Positions 11,742 through 25,560 of a stretch of DNA of 64,000 nucleotides are shown one piece after another (positions within the stretch are counted from its first letter, which is position 1; the number at the start of each line of letters is the position of its first letter). The stretch is from Octopus sinensis (lineage: Eukaryota): contig NC_043022.1 in assembly GCF_006345805.1 (NCBI RefSeq), positions 14,198,001 through 14,262,000 of the forward strand, written 5' to 3'. Made by a program: the position numbers and the translations under genes. The notes under the pieces are model-generated. The model was given only the letters and a program-made list of their open reading frames with translations. It was not told where the DNA came from and searched no databases.

Positions 11742-12495
11742 TAATCAAACCCTAAAAACTCCTTCTCAACACATGGCTATGATGCTCTCCCCGATACCCC
11801 TACTCATGATCAGAGATGCACATATTTTCAGCCACTAAGAGACAAGTGGTTAAGGGCAAGCAACTGACAAGCAGATCTGTGGTATTGAAGAAAATATTTG
11901 CTGTAACCCATCTTTTACACCAAGACAAAACAATGTACATGATAACACTTCCAATCAGTTAAGATCAGAAGCCATGCAGTACTAGACAGTGGCTCTCATG
12001 GCTTCTTGTCTTAACTGATTGGAAGAGTTATCGTGTACATTGTTTTGTCTTGGTATAAAAGATGGGGTGCAGCAAATATTCTGCTCAATACCACAGATTT
12101 GCTTGTCAGTTGTTTGACCTTAACCAGTTGACCATGTCCCTTGGTGGCTGACGAGTAGTTGGGGAGCATCATAGCCATGTGTTGAGAGGGATTCTTTGGG
12201 GTTTGAATAATTCACCTTTGGAAACATGGGTGTTTCGTTCCACATCCTTAAACAACCCTTATTCAGGGACCTTTTGAGCGGGATGGGTTACTCGACCAGA
12301 AGAAAATTCTAACTGGGCCCCACCTGCAAGGTCATGTGCTGTTTATCTTGATATGAGATCACCATGTCACCGCACATATGGTCGTGATGCATGTGTCTGG
12401 TGTACTCTTATCAGACGGGTAGTCATGATGGGTATACTGGGCTTCGTATATTTTACCCCAGTGTCACTTTGATGGCATGCACTGCTCTCTCACTC

Positions 12496-12544
<49 letters not shown>

Positions 12545-12545
12545 T
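11742..12545 (+). mobile_element. (AAT)n-tailed repeat element with a head-to-head inverted partial copy
   Basis: 11742-11976 is the reverse complement of 11997-12208; another fragment at 61097-61180. Confidence 0.7.
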
Positions 12546-13329
12546 AACGATAATAATAATAATAATGATAATTTCTTACATAGGTACAAAGCCAGAAATC
12601 TCAAAGGAAGGGCATGGAGGTAACAATAGATTATAGCAATCCCAGTTCTTGAATGTGAAGTTGCAGGGTCTAGTGATTAAGGTGTTGCACGCTTGATCAT
12701 AAGGTCATGGTTTCAATTCCCAGATCATGGTTTCAATTCCCAGGTCATGTAGTACATTGTGTTCTTGAGCAGAACACTTTATTTCCCGTTGCCTCAGTTC
12801 ACTCGACTGTAAATGAATACCAACAAATAACTGGGAAGTTGACCCTGGGGTGGACTGGTCTCTTGTTCAGTGGTGGGGTTGGGTTCTGTTTTTTTGCCCC
12901 TTAAATGCTATGGAAATTGGGTCGAGCTTCAGTCTTGAGTCCAGGGCTTTATGATGCCCAGCCCCCAAGTCCTAAGCCACAACTTATTGAATGACGTTTT
13001 TAATTTCCAACCCCAGAAGGATGAAAGACGCAATTGACTCCATCGGAGCAGGATTTGAACTCGGAACAGCCAAGTCGAAAGAGAATTGTCGCAGAAACAT
13101 TTTAAGTGCCATTCTCACAATCACGCCAATCTGACTGTGACAAAGAGACCAAAGGAAAAGAGGAAAAAAAAAAAAAAGGAAAATTTAATAAAAAAAAGAA
13201 AACCAATAAAATCGTTTCGAAAAACAAAAAAACACAAAAAAAAACAGGTTTATGTCTTTGGGTTTGTTTATCGAGGATTTAGTTTCTGGTTTCAAAGAGG
13301 AAAAAAAAAGGTTAATTTCAAGTTAGATA

Positions 13330-13366
<37 letters not shown>

Positions 13367-13714
13367 GGAAAACATACACACACACATACATGCTCTCCCT
13401 TTTTTCTTATGCTTAATACTTTTGTCTGTCTGTCTTTCTCTCTCTCTCTCTCTCTCACTCTCTCTTTCTCTCTGTGTGTTTCCTTCTCTTTCCTTGTTAC
13501 TTTAGCCTTTCTTTCTTGCTTTCTTTTGTCCAGGTAAACGAAGGTCTCATTTTTTTCCCCAGAGCAATTAAACTTTTTATTGCTGAGAAGAATCGTCACC
13601 TACATTCATAGACATTCATTGATTTAACCCTGAGCGTACTAAACAGCCTCCTCCACACAAAACACATACACACACACATATGTATATATGCACACACACA
13701 CACACATACGTACA

Positions 13715-13903
13715 TAGGCACAGGAGTGGCTGTGTGGTAAGTAGCTTGCTAACCAACCACATGGTTCCGGGTTCAGTCCCACTGCGTGGCATCTTGGGCA
13801 CGTGTCTTCTACTATAGCCTCAGGCCAACCAATGCCTTGTGAGTGGATTTGGTAGACGGAAACTGAAAGAAGCCTGTCGTATATATGTGTATATATGTAT
13901 ATA

Positions 13904-13952
<49 letters not shown>

Positions 13953-13955
13953 CAC

Positions 13956-14003
<48 letters not shown>

Positions 14004-14205
14004 TTTGTGTCTGTGTTTGTCCCCCTAGCATTGCTTGACAACCGGTGCTGGTGTGTTTACGTCCCTGTCACTTAGCGGTTCAGCAAAAGAGACTGATAGA
14101 ATAAGTACTGGGCTTACAAAGAATAAGTCCCGGAGTCGATTTGCTCGACTAAAAGGCGGTGCTCCAGCATGGCCGCAGTCAAATGACTGAAACCAGTAAA
14201 AGAGA
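13715..14205 (+). mobile_element. SINE family 1, full length
   Basis: Head, core, internal microsatellite and tail all present. Confidence 0.9.
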
Positions 14206-14493
14206 GTAATATTTACATGCATAAATCTATGCACACATACATGTATAACATGTCGTATATTTCTGGTATTAATGTTTACAAACAAAAGCACAAAAACAGC
14301 ATTTGATGCAGAATGAAGGGTTCATGTTTACTCTGGGTCTCTTTTACACTTTTACTTGTTCCAGTCATTTGACTGGCGCCATGCTGGAGCAACGCCTGTA
14401 GTCGAGCAAATCGACCCCAGGACTTATTCTTTGTAAGCCTCGTGCTTATTCTATCGGGCTCTTTTTGCCGAACCGCTAAGTTACAGGGATGTA

Positions 14494-14529
<36 letters not shown>

Positions 14530-14564
<35 letters not shown>

Positions 14565-14593
14565 TGATAGATAGATAGATAGATAGATAGATT

Positions 14594-14647
<54 letters not shown>

Positions 14648-14697
14648 CAGACAGATAGATAGATAGATAGATTGATAGATAGATAGATAGATAGATT

Positions 14698-14732
<35 letters not shown>

Positions 14733-14733
14733 T

Positions 14734-14766
<33 letters not shown>

Positions 14767-15143
14767 GTAAGTAGATAGATAGATAGGTAGGTAGGTAGGT
14801 ATGTAGATAGATAGATAAGTAGATAGATAGATAGATAGATAGGTAGGTAGGTAGATAGATAGGTATATAGATAGGTAGATAGATAGATAGGTAGATAGGT
14901 AGGTAGGTAAGTAGATAAATAGATAGGTAGATAGATAGATAGATAGGTAGATAGGTAGATAGATAGGTAGGTAGATAGATACATAAATAGATAGGTAGAT
15001 AGATAGATAGATAGATAGGTAGGTAGATAGATAGATAGATAGGTAGATAGATAGATAGGTAGATAGATAGATAGGTAGGTAGATAGATAGGTAGGTAGAT
15101 AGATAGGTAGATAGATAGATAGATAGGAAGATAGATAGGTAGA
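14530..15143. repeat. (ATAG)n/(GTAG)n microsatellite
   Basis: Direct inspection. Confidence 0.95.
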
Positions 15144-16282
15144 TATTAATTGCACAACAAGAACAACAGCCACAAACACATTGATTGCTGGACAAACAGA
15201 CATACAGTCAAGCAGGTAGTCAGACGGATAAAACCACCTAGAGGTACATTCGGTGATAGTCTCTGCCTGCATCGTTATGTAGATCTTACATACTAATGGC
15301 TTAATGATCCAGTAATTAGTCATTTAGTGTACAAATCATTATTTATATTGATTATAACAAATATTATGGTTTCCCCGTTTGGCAGGTGATTGTGTGTTAA
15401 GTAGGAGGGGAATGTTTGTGTTGGGGTGTGGGTGGGAGGAGTGTACGGTTACTAGGGATGTGTGTGTGCGTGTGTATGCATATGAATGTGTCTATATGCG
15501 TGTGTGTGGATGTCTGTTCCTGTGCTTCCGTGCGTGTATGTGTGCATGTATGCATATGAATGTGTCTATGTGTGTATGTGTTCATGAGATTTTGCGTGTG
15601 TATGTGTGTGTGTGTATGGGTGTGTGTGTGTACGGGTGTGTGTGTATGTGTTTGTGTGTGTGTGCATGTATGCATATGAATGTGTCTATGTGTGTGTATG
15701 TGCATGTGTGTGGATGTGTGTTCATGTATATGTGTGTGTGTGTGTTCATATGCTTGTGTGATTGTGTGTGTGTGAGTGTGTGCATTCATGTGTGTGTGTG
15801 AGACTGTATTCGTGTGTGTGTGTATGAATGTGTGTGTATGTGTGCATGTGAATATGTTTATGTGTGCATGTGTATACATACCTACAAGTGTATGTACTGG
15901 TGTATGAATATGTGTGTGTGTGTGGTGTGCATGTGTGCGTGCGTGCATGTGTGTGATGAGAGAGAGAGAGAGAGAGAATATATGTGTGTGAGTGTGTGTG
16001 TTAGTGTATGAATACATGTATGTAGAATTACTATATGCATGTGTGCGCTTGTGTCTATCCATGCGAATGTGTGTGTGTGTGTGTGTGTATGCTTATATCT
16101 AAGCATGTGTCAGTGCGTGTGTGTCTATAAAAGAAGCGTTGACATGTCAAACATCTTTTTACAAGAACCCTAATCAAATATTTGCTAAATTAAGTTGAAA
16201 TCCTCCCCCACCCACCCACCCACCACCCCCACAGACCAACTCCTCTTCTGTCTCTGTTTTGTCTCCTTCTTCATCTTTTTAC

Positions 16283-16382
16283 NNNNNNNNNNNNNNNNNN
16301 NNNNNNNNNNNNNNNNNNNNNNNNNNNNNNNNNNNNNNNNNNNNNNNNNNNNNNNNNNNNNNNNNNNNNNNNNNNNNNNNNN
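16283..16382. other. Assembly gap (100 N)
   Basis: Run of N; contiguity across the gap is uncertain. Confidence 1.
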
Positions 16383-16524
16383 TTCACTTGTTTCAATCAT
16401 TTGACTACGTCCATGCTGGGGCACCAACTTAAGGGGTTTTAGTCAAAAAAATCAGCCCCAGGACTCAGTCTTTTAAAGTTAGTACTTATTCTATGCATAT
16501 ATACATACATGCATACATACACAC

Positions 16525-16562
<38 letters not shown>

Positions 16563-16844
16563 ATATATATATATATATGTATGTATGTATGTAATGTATG
16601 AAGTATATATATATATATATATATGGCACGTAAAAAGCACCCACTACACTCACGGAGTGGTTGGCGTTAGGAAGGGCATCCAGCCGTAGAAACACTGCCA
16701 AATCTGACTGGGCCTGATGAAGCTTACCGGCTTCACAGACCCCAGTTAAACCGTCCAACCCATGCTAGCATGGAAAACGGACGCTAAATGATGATGATGA
16801 TGATGATGATATATATATATATATATATATGTACGTATACATAC

Positions 16845-17071
16845 ACTTTACTCTTTTACTCTTTTACTTGTTTCAGTCATTTGACTGCGGCCATGCTGGA
16901 GCACCACCTTTAGTCGAGCAAATTGATCCCGGCACTTATTCTTTGTAAGCCCAGTACTTATTCTATCGGTCTCTTTTGCCGAACCGCTAAGTGACGGGGA
17001 CGTAAACACACCAGCATCGGTTGTCAAGCAATGCTAGGGGGACGAACATAGACACACAAACATACACACAA

Positions 17072-17108
<37 letters not shown>

Positions 17109-17277
17109 TACGACAGGCTTCTTTCAGTTTCCGTCTACCAAATCCACTCACAAGGCATTGGTCGGCCCGAGGCTATAGCAGAAGACACTTGCCGAAGGTG
17201 CCACGCAGTGGGACTTGAACCCGGAACCATGTGGTTGGTAAACAAGCTACTTACCACACAGCCACTCCTGCGCCTAT
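16845..17277 (-). mobile_element. SINE family 1, full length
   Basis: Reverse complement of the family sequence. Confidence 0.9.
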
Positions 17278-17620
17278 ACTTGCAATTCGAAATTATCATC
17301 ATAATAACTTTTAAATAAAAGACTAAAAAATCTACATGTTTGTATCATGTATTGAGTCCTACATTTGAAACAGCAACACCAACAACAACTACTATTATTT
17401 TACACACACACTGATGTGATTCAAAATAAATATTGATGTAATCAAATGGTTTCAATATGTATAGATTTGTTTAATTATTTACTAGGCTCAAAGCCAATAA
17501 GTGTAGTAGCAGTTCAGTAAAACCACCGCAGTGTATTACCGGTACATATAGACCCTAGATAACCCTTTTCATATCAACCTGCTTGATACTGACTCTTGTT
17601 TTCTTAGACAAACTTTGTTT

Positions 17621-18572
17621 TTAACCCTTTCGTTACTGTATTTATTTTGAGATGCTCTGTGTTTTTTTCAATTAATTTTAAATATTACAAAGAATTTAGT
17701 AAAATAACTTAGTTATCATTCAGCTAGGGTTAGGAACATAAACTGTGACTAAGATTTGGTGGAAGATTTTAATTCCAAACTTATAAAAACAAGACATTTG
17801 TACTCAAAGCCAGAATTGGTTTCAGCTGGGTTGGTAATGAAAGTGTTAAGAATTGTTCTCTATTATATATTTTAACTCTTTTGTTACTATATTTCTTTCA
17901 ATTACTTTAAATATAGCAAAGAATTTAGTAAAATAACTTAGTTATCATTCAGCTAGTGTTAGGAACATAAACTGTGACTAAGATTTGGTGGAAGATTTTA
18001 ATTCAAAACTTATAAAAACAAGACATTTGTACTCAGAGCCAGAATTGGTTTCAGCCAGGTTGGTAATGAAATGGTTAAGAATTGTTTCTCTATTATATAT
18101 TTCAACCTTTTTGTTACCCTATTTCTGTTAAGATGCTCTGTGTTTCTTTCAATTACTTTAAATATAACAAAGAATTTAGTAAAATAACTTCGTTATCATT
18201 AAACTAGTGTTAGGAACATAAATTGTGACTAAGGTTTGGTGGAAGATTCTAATTCAAAACTTAAGAAAACAAGACATTTGTACTCAGAGCCAGAGCCAGT
18301 TGGTAACAAAAGGGTTAATGATGCCAAAGTTCTTTTGCTAAATTCTTCAAAATTAATTAAAAACGAAGGTGATGTATTCCAACAGAAATATGGTAACAAA
18401 AGCCTTGAAGTGATCCAAATTAAAACCTTTCCCCAAAATTTCATGTTGATTTATGTCCCAAGCACCAGGTTAATAATGCCAAACTTATTCTACTAAATTC
18501 TTCATTATTTTTACCAAATTAATTAAAACGAAGGCAACATATTTCAACAGAAGCATTGTAACAAAATGGTAT
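17621..18572. mobile_element. Three tandem piggyBac-like MITEs plus an inverted partial copy
   Basis: TTAA-CCCTTT...AAAGGG-TTAA-type termini; ~215-230-bp units at 17621, 17872 and 18101; 18325-18572 inverted. Confidence 0.75.
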
Positions 18573-18622
18573 TTAAAAGATGGAATAAAAATCTTAAGAG
18601 GAGACATACAAAATTTACTTAC

Positions 18623-19045
18623 AGTTTGGACTTCCTTGTATTTCTTCTCGTTTGATTTCGTTGCTGTTGTAATTAACCAGTAGTTAATTACAATTATAAT
18701 TAATGTCACAAATTTAATAAAATGTCCAGTTTTTTTCAGTTTCCCTTTTCTTGAGGTTTTTTTTTATTTCTCCTTTCCTTTTTTTTAAAAAGTCAAATTT
18801 TGTGTAAATGTTTATGTATTTAAAAAATTTTTTTTTGGTTCCGTTTTAATTAAGCCTCCGTTAATATAAGCTAAATAACATTTGCTATATCACTGAAAAA
18901 CAAGCAGACAACCGTACGGATCGATAATTTAGTGAATAGAGAGATCGTTGAAGAAGAAAGCATAGCAAAATCAAGCTGTAATTAACCAAAGCTCATCAGA
19001 ACTGATCTGTTCAAGAGCTTCACCCTCTCGGTTCCTATATATACA
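18623..19045 (-). promoter_or_regulatory. Candidate core promoter and non-coding first exon
   Basis: Minus-strand TATATATAGG (19043), TCAGTT Inr-like motif (19005) and strong donor |GTAAGTA at 18622 in unique sequence; TATA-Inr spacing (~40) is longer than canonical. Confidence 0.3.
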
Positions 19046-19144
19046 GGGTGTGTACATATGTATGTGGATGCAATTATTTCAGTGCGTATATGGGGAGAGT
19101 AAGATATAAGGAGGTGGGAGAAGGGCTACGGATAATTTGAATGG

Positions 19145-19204
<60 letters not shown>

Positions 19205-19659
19205 TAGATCTTAAAATAATAAGGAAGGAAGGAAGGAAGGAGGCCTTTTGATGATCAGGTTAATTTGTTAAGATATTTTATGAGTGAAATAGTGGGCTTA
19301 GGGTGGTGGTGGTGGCGGTGGTGGTAGTGGTAAGCTTTGAGAGAGAGAGAGGGAGGGAGAGAGTGGGAAAGAAATGATAGGGTGTAGTGGGGTAGGGGAA
19401 GGAAGGGAAGAAGAAGTGAAATGGTGTAGCTGTGGTAGTGGTGGTGGTGGTGGTGGGGGAGTGGAAGCGGTTTGTTAACTTTGAGAGAAAGAGAGGGTGG
19501 GGTGGGGAAGGAACCGATAGAGAGTTGTAGAAGAAAGGGAGGAAGAGATTAGAAAGCGATGGTGGTGGTAAGAGAGAGAGGGGGGTGGGAGGGAAGAAAA
19601 CGATAGAGTAGCAGTGGTTGTGGTGGTGGTGGGAAATAGAGGAAGAGATAAAGATGGGA

Positions 19660-19985
19660 AGAAAGGGAGAGGGAAAGAACTAGTGAAAAGGAGAAACAGA
19701 AGGAAGACAGAGAGAGAGAGAGAAGGAGAGGGAGGAATAAAGAAAGAGAGAGAGAGAGCGGGAAGAAAGGGAGAGGGAAAGAACTAGTGAAAAGGAGAAA
19801 CAGAAGGAAGAGAGAGAGAGAGATAGAGAGAGAGAGAAGGAGAGGGAGGAATAAGGAAAGAAAGAGAGAGAGCGGGAAGAAAGGGAGAGGGAAAGAACTA
19901 GTGAAAAGGAGAAACAGAAGGAAGAGAGAGAGAGAGATAGAGAGAGAGAGAAGGAGAGGGAGGAATAAAGAAAGAGAGAGAGCGT
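19660..19985. repeat. Three tandem ~105-115-bp GA-rich units
   Basis: GGGAAAGAACTAGTGAAAAGGAGAAACAGAAGGAAG repeated three times. Confidence 0.9.
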
Positions 19986-21136
19986 GAGAATGAGAGAGGG
20001 AAGAATGGAGAGGAAGTGAGAGGGGACGGAGGAAGGAGGAAGTGGAAGAGAAGGGTGGAGATGGGGGGGGGCGACAGAGGGATTGAGGAGAAGTTGATAG
20101 AAAATTCTAAAATGAGGGAAAAAACGCCAAGAATGGGAACAGTCAGTCAACATGTGAAATACTGACAGACGACACTGAATGATTGAGAATTGAGAAAATC
20201 GAGAAAGAGAGGGAGAGAGAGGAGAGAGAGAGAAAGAGAGAGAGAGGGAGAGAGAGTTTGGATGAGTATATGCATTCAGACGTATGAATAAGTGCAGGAG
20301 TGACTGTGTGGTAAGAAGCTCGCTTCCCAACCACGTGGTTCCGGGTTCGGTCCCATGCGTGACACCTTGGGAAAGTGTCTTCTACTTATAGCCAACGGGC
20401 CGACCAAAGCCTTGTGAGTGAATTTGGCACACGGAAACTGAAAGAAGCCTGGCGGTGTATATATTATATATATATATATATAAATGCATATAATAAATAA
20501 TAATAAATGTCTGTATGGCATGTTATATTGTCGTATGCATGTATGTATGTATGTATGCATGTATGTATGTATGTAATTATGCCAATATGTATGTATGCAT
20601 GTATGTATGTATGCATGCATATGTATGCCATGCATGTAGTGTATCTGGATATGTATGCATGTAGTATGCACGTGTGTATGCATATATGTATGTATGCATT
20701 ATGTACGCATGTATGTATGCATGCATGTATATATATATTATATCATTAAAAATTTAGCAGAAGCAACAGAGTTCCGCAAGACCCAAAATTCACTTCACCA
20801 AACCTGTAGATCATAGATCAATAGATCATAGATAGAAAACAGACATGTAAGTGGATACATGCATGATGTATGTATTCTTTTAATCCCTTATTCTTTCAGT
20901 CAGTTTGACTGTGGCCATGCTGGAGCACCGTCTTTCGCAACAAATTAACTAACCAAATTAAACACACAGTGCTTTTTTGTAAGCCTAGTCTTATTCTGTC
21001 AGTCTCTTTCAACTGAACTGCTAAGGTTTGGGATGTAAACACAACCACATCAGTGTCACGTGATGGTGGTGGGACAAACACAGACACACAAATACATATA
21101 TTTACATATACATACATACATTATATATATGTATGT

Positions 21137-21189
<53 letters not shown>

Positions 21190-21314
21190 ATATATAATAT
21201 ATGTATTATGTATATGTGTATATAATATTATATGTATGTGTGTGTGTGTGTATATAATATATATATGTATATGTATATATATGTAATATGTATATATATG
21301 TATATATATCTATG

Positions 21315-21372
<58 letters not shown>

Positions 21373-21425
21373 ATGATGTATATGTATGTGTATATATATA
21401 TATATGTGTGTCTGTGTGTGTATAT

Positions 21426-21458
<33 letters not shown>

Positions 21459-21520
21459 GTATATGAATATATATTATTAGTATATATATATGTATTATAT
21501 ATATCTAGTATGTATATATA

Positions 21521-21561
<41 letters not shown>

Positions 21562-22219
21562 ACAATCAAGGAACGGCCATAATAGCCATCACCCACTAGA
21601 AATAACAGCCAAAGCTTCACCGCAATAAAAGTCAATTCCCTAAACAGGATAAAATTTAAAAAAATTTAACCCTGTAATTCTTATACGATGCACCGTTTCG
21701 TCTGCGTTTGAATGGTAAACTACCTGATTAAATTAAATCAAGCACCATCTTCCATAGGCCCTCAGATTCTTCAGAGAATAGCCACAAGTCGGAACAGATA
21801 TTTTCACGAGGCATCTGTGTTTGTCCCACCACCATCACGTGACAACTGATGTTGGTGTGCTTACATCCACATAACTTAGCAGTTCAGTTGAAAGAGACTG
21901 ACAGAATAAGTACTAGGCTTACAAAGAGCGCTGTGGTTAATTTGTTTGACGAAAGACGGTGCTCCAGCATGGCCACAGTGAACTGACTGAAAGAAATAAG
22001 GGATTAAAAGAATACATACATCATGCATGTATCCACTTACATGTCTATCTTTCTATCTATTGATCTATCGATCTATTGATCTACAGGTTTCCTTAAATTC
22101 CTTTAAAATGATTTAGCCCGAAAGCCGCGGCCATGCTGGGGCACCACCGCTGAAAGTTTGGTAAAACTCTTGGCCCTTTTGGAACTCTGTAGCTTCTGCT
22201 AAATTTTAATTATATATAT

Positions 22220-23188
22220 ATACATGCATGCATAATTACATGCATGCATACATACATACATATATGTATACATACATGCATACATACATATATGCATACA
22301 TATATGCATACATGCATACATACATATATGTATACATACATGCATACATACATATATGCATACATATATGCATACATACATACATACATACATATATGTA
22401 TACATACATGCATACATACATATATGCATACATATATGCATACATACATACATACATACATATATGTATACATACATGCATACATACATATATGCATACA
22501 TATATGCATACATGCATACATACATATATCCATACATGCATACATACATACATGCATACATACATGCATACATACATGCATACATACATGCATACATACA
22601 TACATATATGCATACATATATGCATACATACATATATGCATACATATATGCATACATACATATATGCATACATGCATACATACATACATGCATACATACA
22701 TGCATACATACATGCATACATACATGCATACATACATGCATACACATATATATGCATACATACATGCATACATACATACATACATACATGCATACATACA
22801 TATATGCATACATACATACATGCATACATACATACATACATGCATGCATATATGCATACTTACATGCATACATACATACATATATGCATACATACATATA
22901 TGCATACATACATACATACATGCATACATACATATATGCATACATACATACATGCATACATACATATATGCATACATACATACATACTTGCAGGCATACA
23001 TGCATACATACATGCATACATACATGCATACATACATATATGCATACATACATGCATACATACATACATATATGCATACATACATGCATGCATGCATACT
23101 TACATGCATACATACATGCATACATACATACATACATACATACATTCATGCATACATACATACATACATACATACATACATACATACA

Positions 23189-23220
<32 letters not shown>
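22220..23220. repeat. (CATA)n/(TGCA) compound microsatellite
   Basis: Direct inspection; source of the 300+ aa MYVC/HTYI ORFs. Confidence 0.95.
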
Positions 23221-23221
<1 letters not shown>

Positions 23222-23224
23222 GTC

Positions 23225-23835
23225 ATGAAGTCTAAAGACTTGAAGAGTTTCATGTTGCAAGACAGTGTGTGAGAGAGAACCATAATGTCATTGGAGAGAA
23301 ATGTGTCTGTATGGATGATGGCTCACTTGCATTTAATGAGACTGCAAAGAGTGAGACATGGAGATGCCACTATGAAAGGTTGCTAAATGAAGAGAATGAA
23401 TGGGAGAAAGAGAGTCTGCCGAATGTCGACCCAACAGAGGAACCAGCTATCCGAGTTGATAGTTCCTTGGTAGTTAAGGCAATTAGAAGCATGAAGACAG
23501 GGAAAGCCCCAGGCCTATCAGGAATCACTGCAGAGATGCTTAAAATATCTGGCAGTGTTGGCTATAGTTTAGTCAGCTGTATAGTAAATCAGGTGATACA
23601 TGAAGGAGTCATACCCAATGACTGGTGGAACAGCATAATAGTCAACTGCTACAAAGGTAAAGGTGACGCTTTAGATAGGAATAATTACAGAGGTATCAAG
23701 TTATTGGATCAGGTAATGAAAGTCATGGAGAGGGTCATATCCCAACTGATTAGGTAAAGAGTCAGTGTAGACAAGATGCAGTTTGGGTTTGTGCCAGGGA
23801 GAAGGACCACTGATGCTATATTTCTAGTAAGACAG
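23225..23835 (+). mobile_element. RTE-clade LINE ORF2 relic (tether to RT domains 0-2)
   Basis: KAIRSMKTGKAPGLSGITAEMLK..IPNDW..YKGKGDALDRNNYRGIKLL..MKVMERV..*..MQFGFVPGRRTTDAIF; internal stop. Confidence 0.92.
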
Positions 23836-24111
23836 ATTAAATTCTATGTCTTTGTGCGGCTGAAGATTGCTCTACATTTTAAATTGATGTAATGATTGCA
23901 TTGTTCAATTAAATGGAGTTGCATGAAACGATTGTACTGCATTACCTCTGGATATCCTTGTTGCTTATTTTGATTATATATATATATATATATTATATAT
24001 TTGTCTATTTTTGTAATTAATAAATAATTATTAACTGATTATCTCTATTTTATTATTTTCTTAAATATATCATCATCATCAATATCCTCATTGTCATTTA
24101 ACGTCCGCTTT

Positions 24112-24932
24112 TGTGTCACCTTTACCTTTGTAGCAGTTGGCTATGGTGCTGCTACACCGGTCACTGGTTATGACTCTTTCATGTATCACCTGGTTAACTA
24201 TACGGGTGACCAGGCTATAGCTGACACCACCAGATATTTTGAGCATTTCTGTGGTGATTCCTGATGGGCCAGGGGCTTTCCCTGACTTCATACCCTTAAT
24301 TGCTTTATCTACCAAGGTATTGTGGATTCGGATTGCTGGTGCCTCTGTTGAATCGGCATTCATCAGACTCTCTTTCTCCTATTCATTCTCTTTATTGAGC
24401 AACCTCTCATAGTGGCGTCTCCAAACCTCTCTCTATGCAGCCTCATTTAATGCAAGTGAACCATCATCCATGTGGACACATTTCTCTCCTACAACATCAC
24501 GATTCTCTCTCACACACTGTCTTGCAGCATGAAATACCTCAAGTCTTTGGTCCTCATGGTGCAGAACATTGGCAAATTTTTTCTTATCTGCTTCCTCTCT
24601 GGCTAAATAAACCTGTCTCCTAGCTTCCCTTCTGGCAGTCTGATGCTATTCCCTGCTACCACTGTTCTTCCAGTCCTTCCAAGCCTGTCTCTTTTCACTA
24701 ATAGTCCTGTCAACAACATTGTTCCACCACCATGTTATCTTGGGTCCAGAGGGGACTTTGCACCATCCACAGATCTGGTCAGTGGCCCTCTGCAGGTGGT
24801 CCCGTAGAAACCTCCAGTTGTCTTCCACATCATGTGATGCTACAGCCTCCCTCTATTTCGTCAAAAGCGTTGAGTAATACGTTTCTAAATCTCTGTCCAT
24901 TCGCAGGATCTTTAAGCTTCCAGACCCTTCTC

Positions 24933-24935
<3 letters not shown>
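24112..24935 (-). mobile_element. RTE-clade LINE ORF2 relic, opposite orientation
   Basis: KRRVWKLKDP.., TWWWNNVVD..EKRQAWKDWK, KAIKGMKSGKAPGPSGITTEMLK..YKGKGD; stops and frameshifts. Confidence 0.9.
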
Positions 24936-24978
<43 letters not shown>

Positions 24979-25076
24979 ACACACACACACACACACTTAC
25001 ACACATGATAAAGATAATGACATATTTGGGTGTAATGTGTGTGTGTGTGCTTGTATATGCAAACATCACTTACATG

Positions 25077-25084
25077 AGATAATG

Positions 25085-25115
<31 letters not shown>

Positions 25116-25128
25116 TAGACAGACAGAC

Positions 25129-25163
<35 letters not shown>

Positions 25164-25293
25164 TAGATAGACAGACAGACAGACAGATAGATAGATAGAT
25201 AGACAGACAAACCGACAGACAGACAGATAGATAGATAGCTAGATAGATAGATGATAGATAGTACATAGATATATAGATAGGCATATAGATAGA

Positions 25294-25325
<32 letters not shown>

Positions 25326-25414
25326 TAGATAAGATAGATAGATGATAGATAGATAGATAGATAGATAGATAGACAAGTAGATAGATAGATAGATAAATAG
25401 GTAGATAGATAGAT

Positions 25415-25466
<52 letters not shown>

Positions 25467-25487
25467 CAAGTAGATAGATAGATAGAT

Positions 25488-25520
<33 letters not shown>

Positions 25521-25560
25521 CACAGACAGACAGACAGATAGATAGATAGGTAAATAGAGA
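25077..25560. repeat. (AGAC)n/(AGAT)n microsatellite
   Basis: Direct inspection. Confidence 0.95.

Noticed and set aside
14476-15323. YLSI-repeat ORFs with unique N-termini
   Set aside because: Mostly (ATAG)n; the unique part has no recognisable domain or convincing splice pair
17021-17218. Recurrent MSSNARG../..[20 protein letters not shown] ORFs
   Set aside because: Antisense translations of SINE family 1
18975-19005. CUGAUGAG on the minus strand as another hammerhead
   Set aside because: Stem II-like pairing is not followed by GAAA and there is no stem I
22199-23272. ORFs of 290-353 aa (MYVC/HTYI repeats)
   Set aside because: Translations of the (CATA)n/(TGCA) microsatellite; open in many frames on both strands
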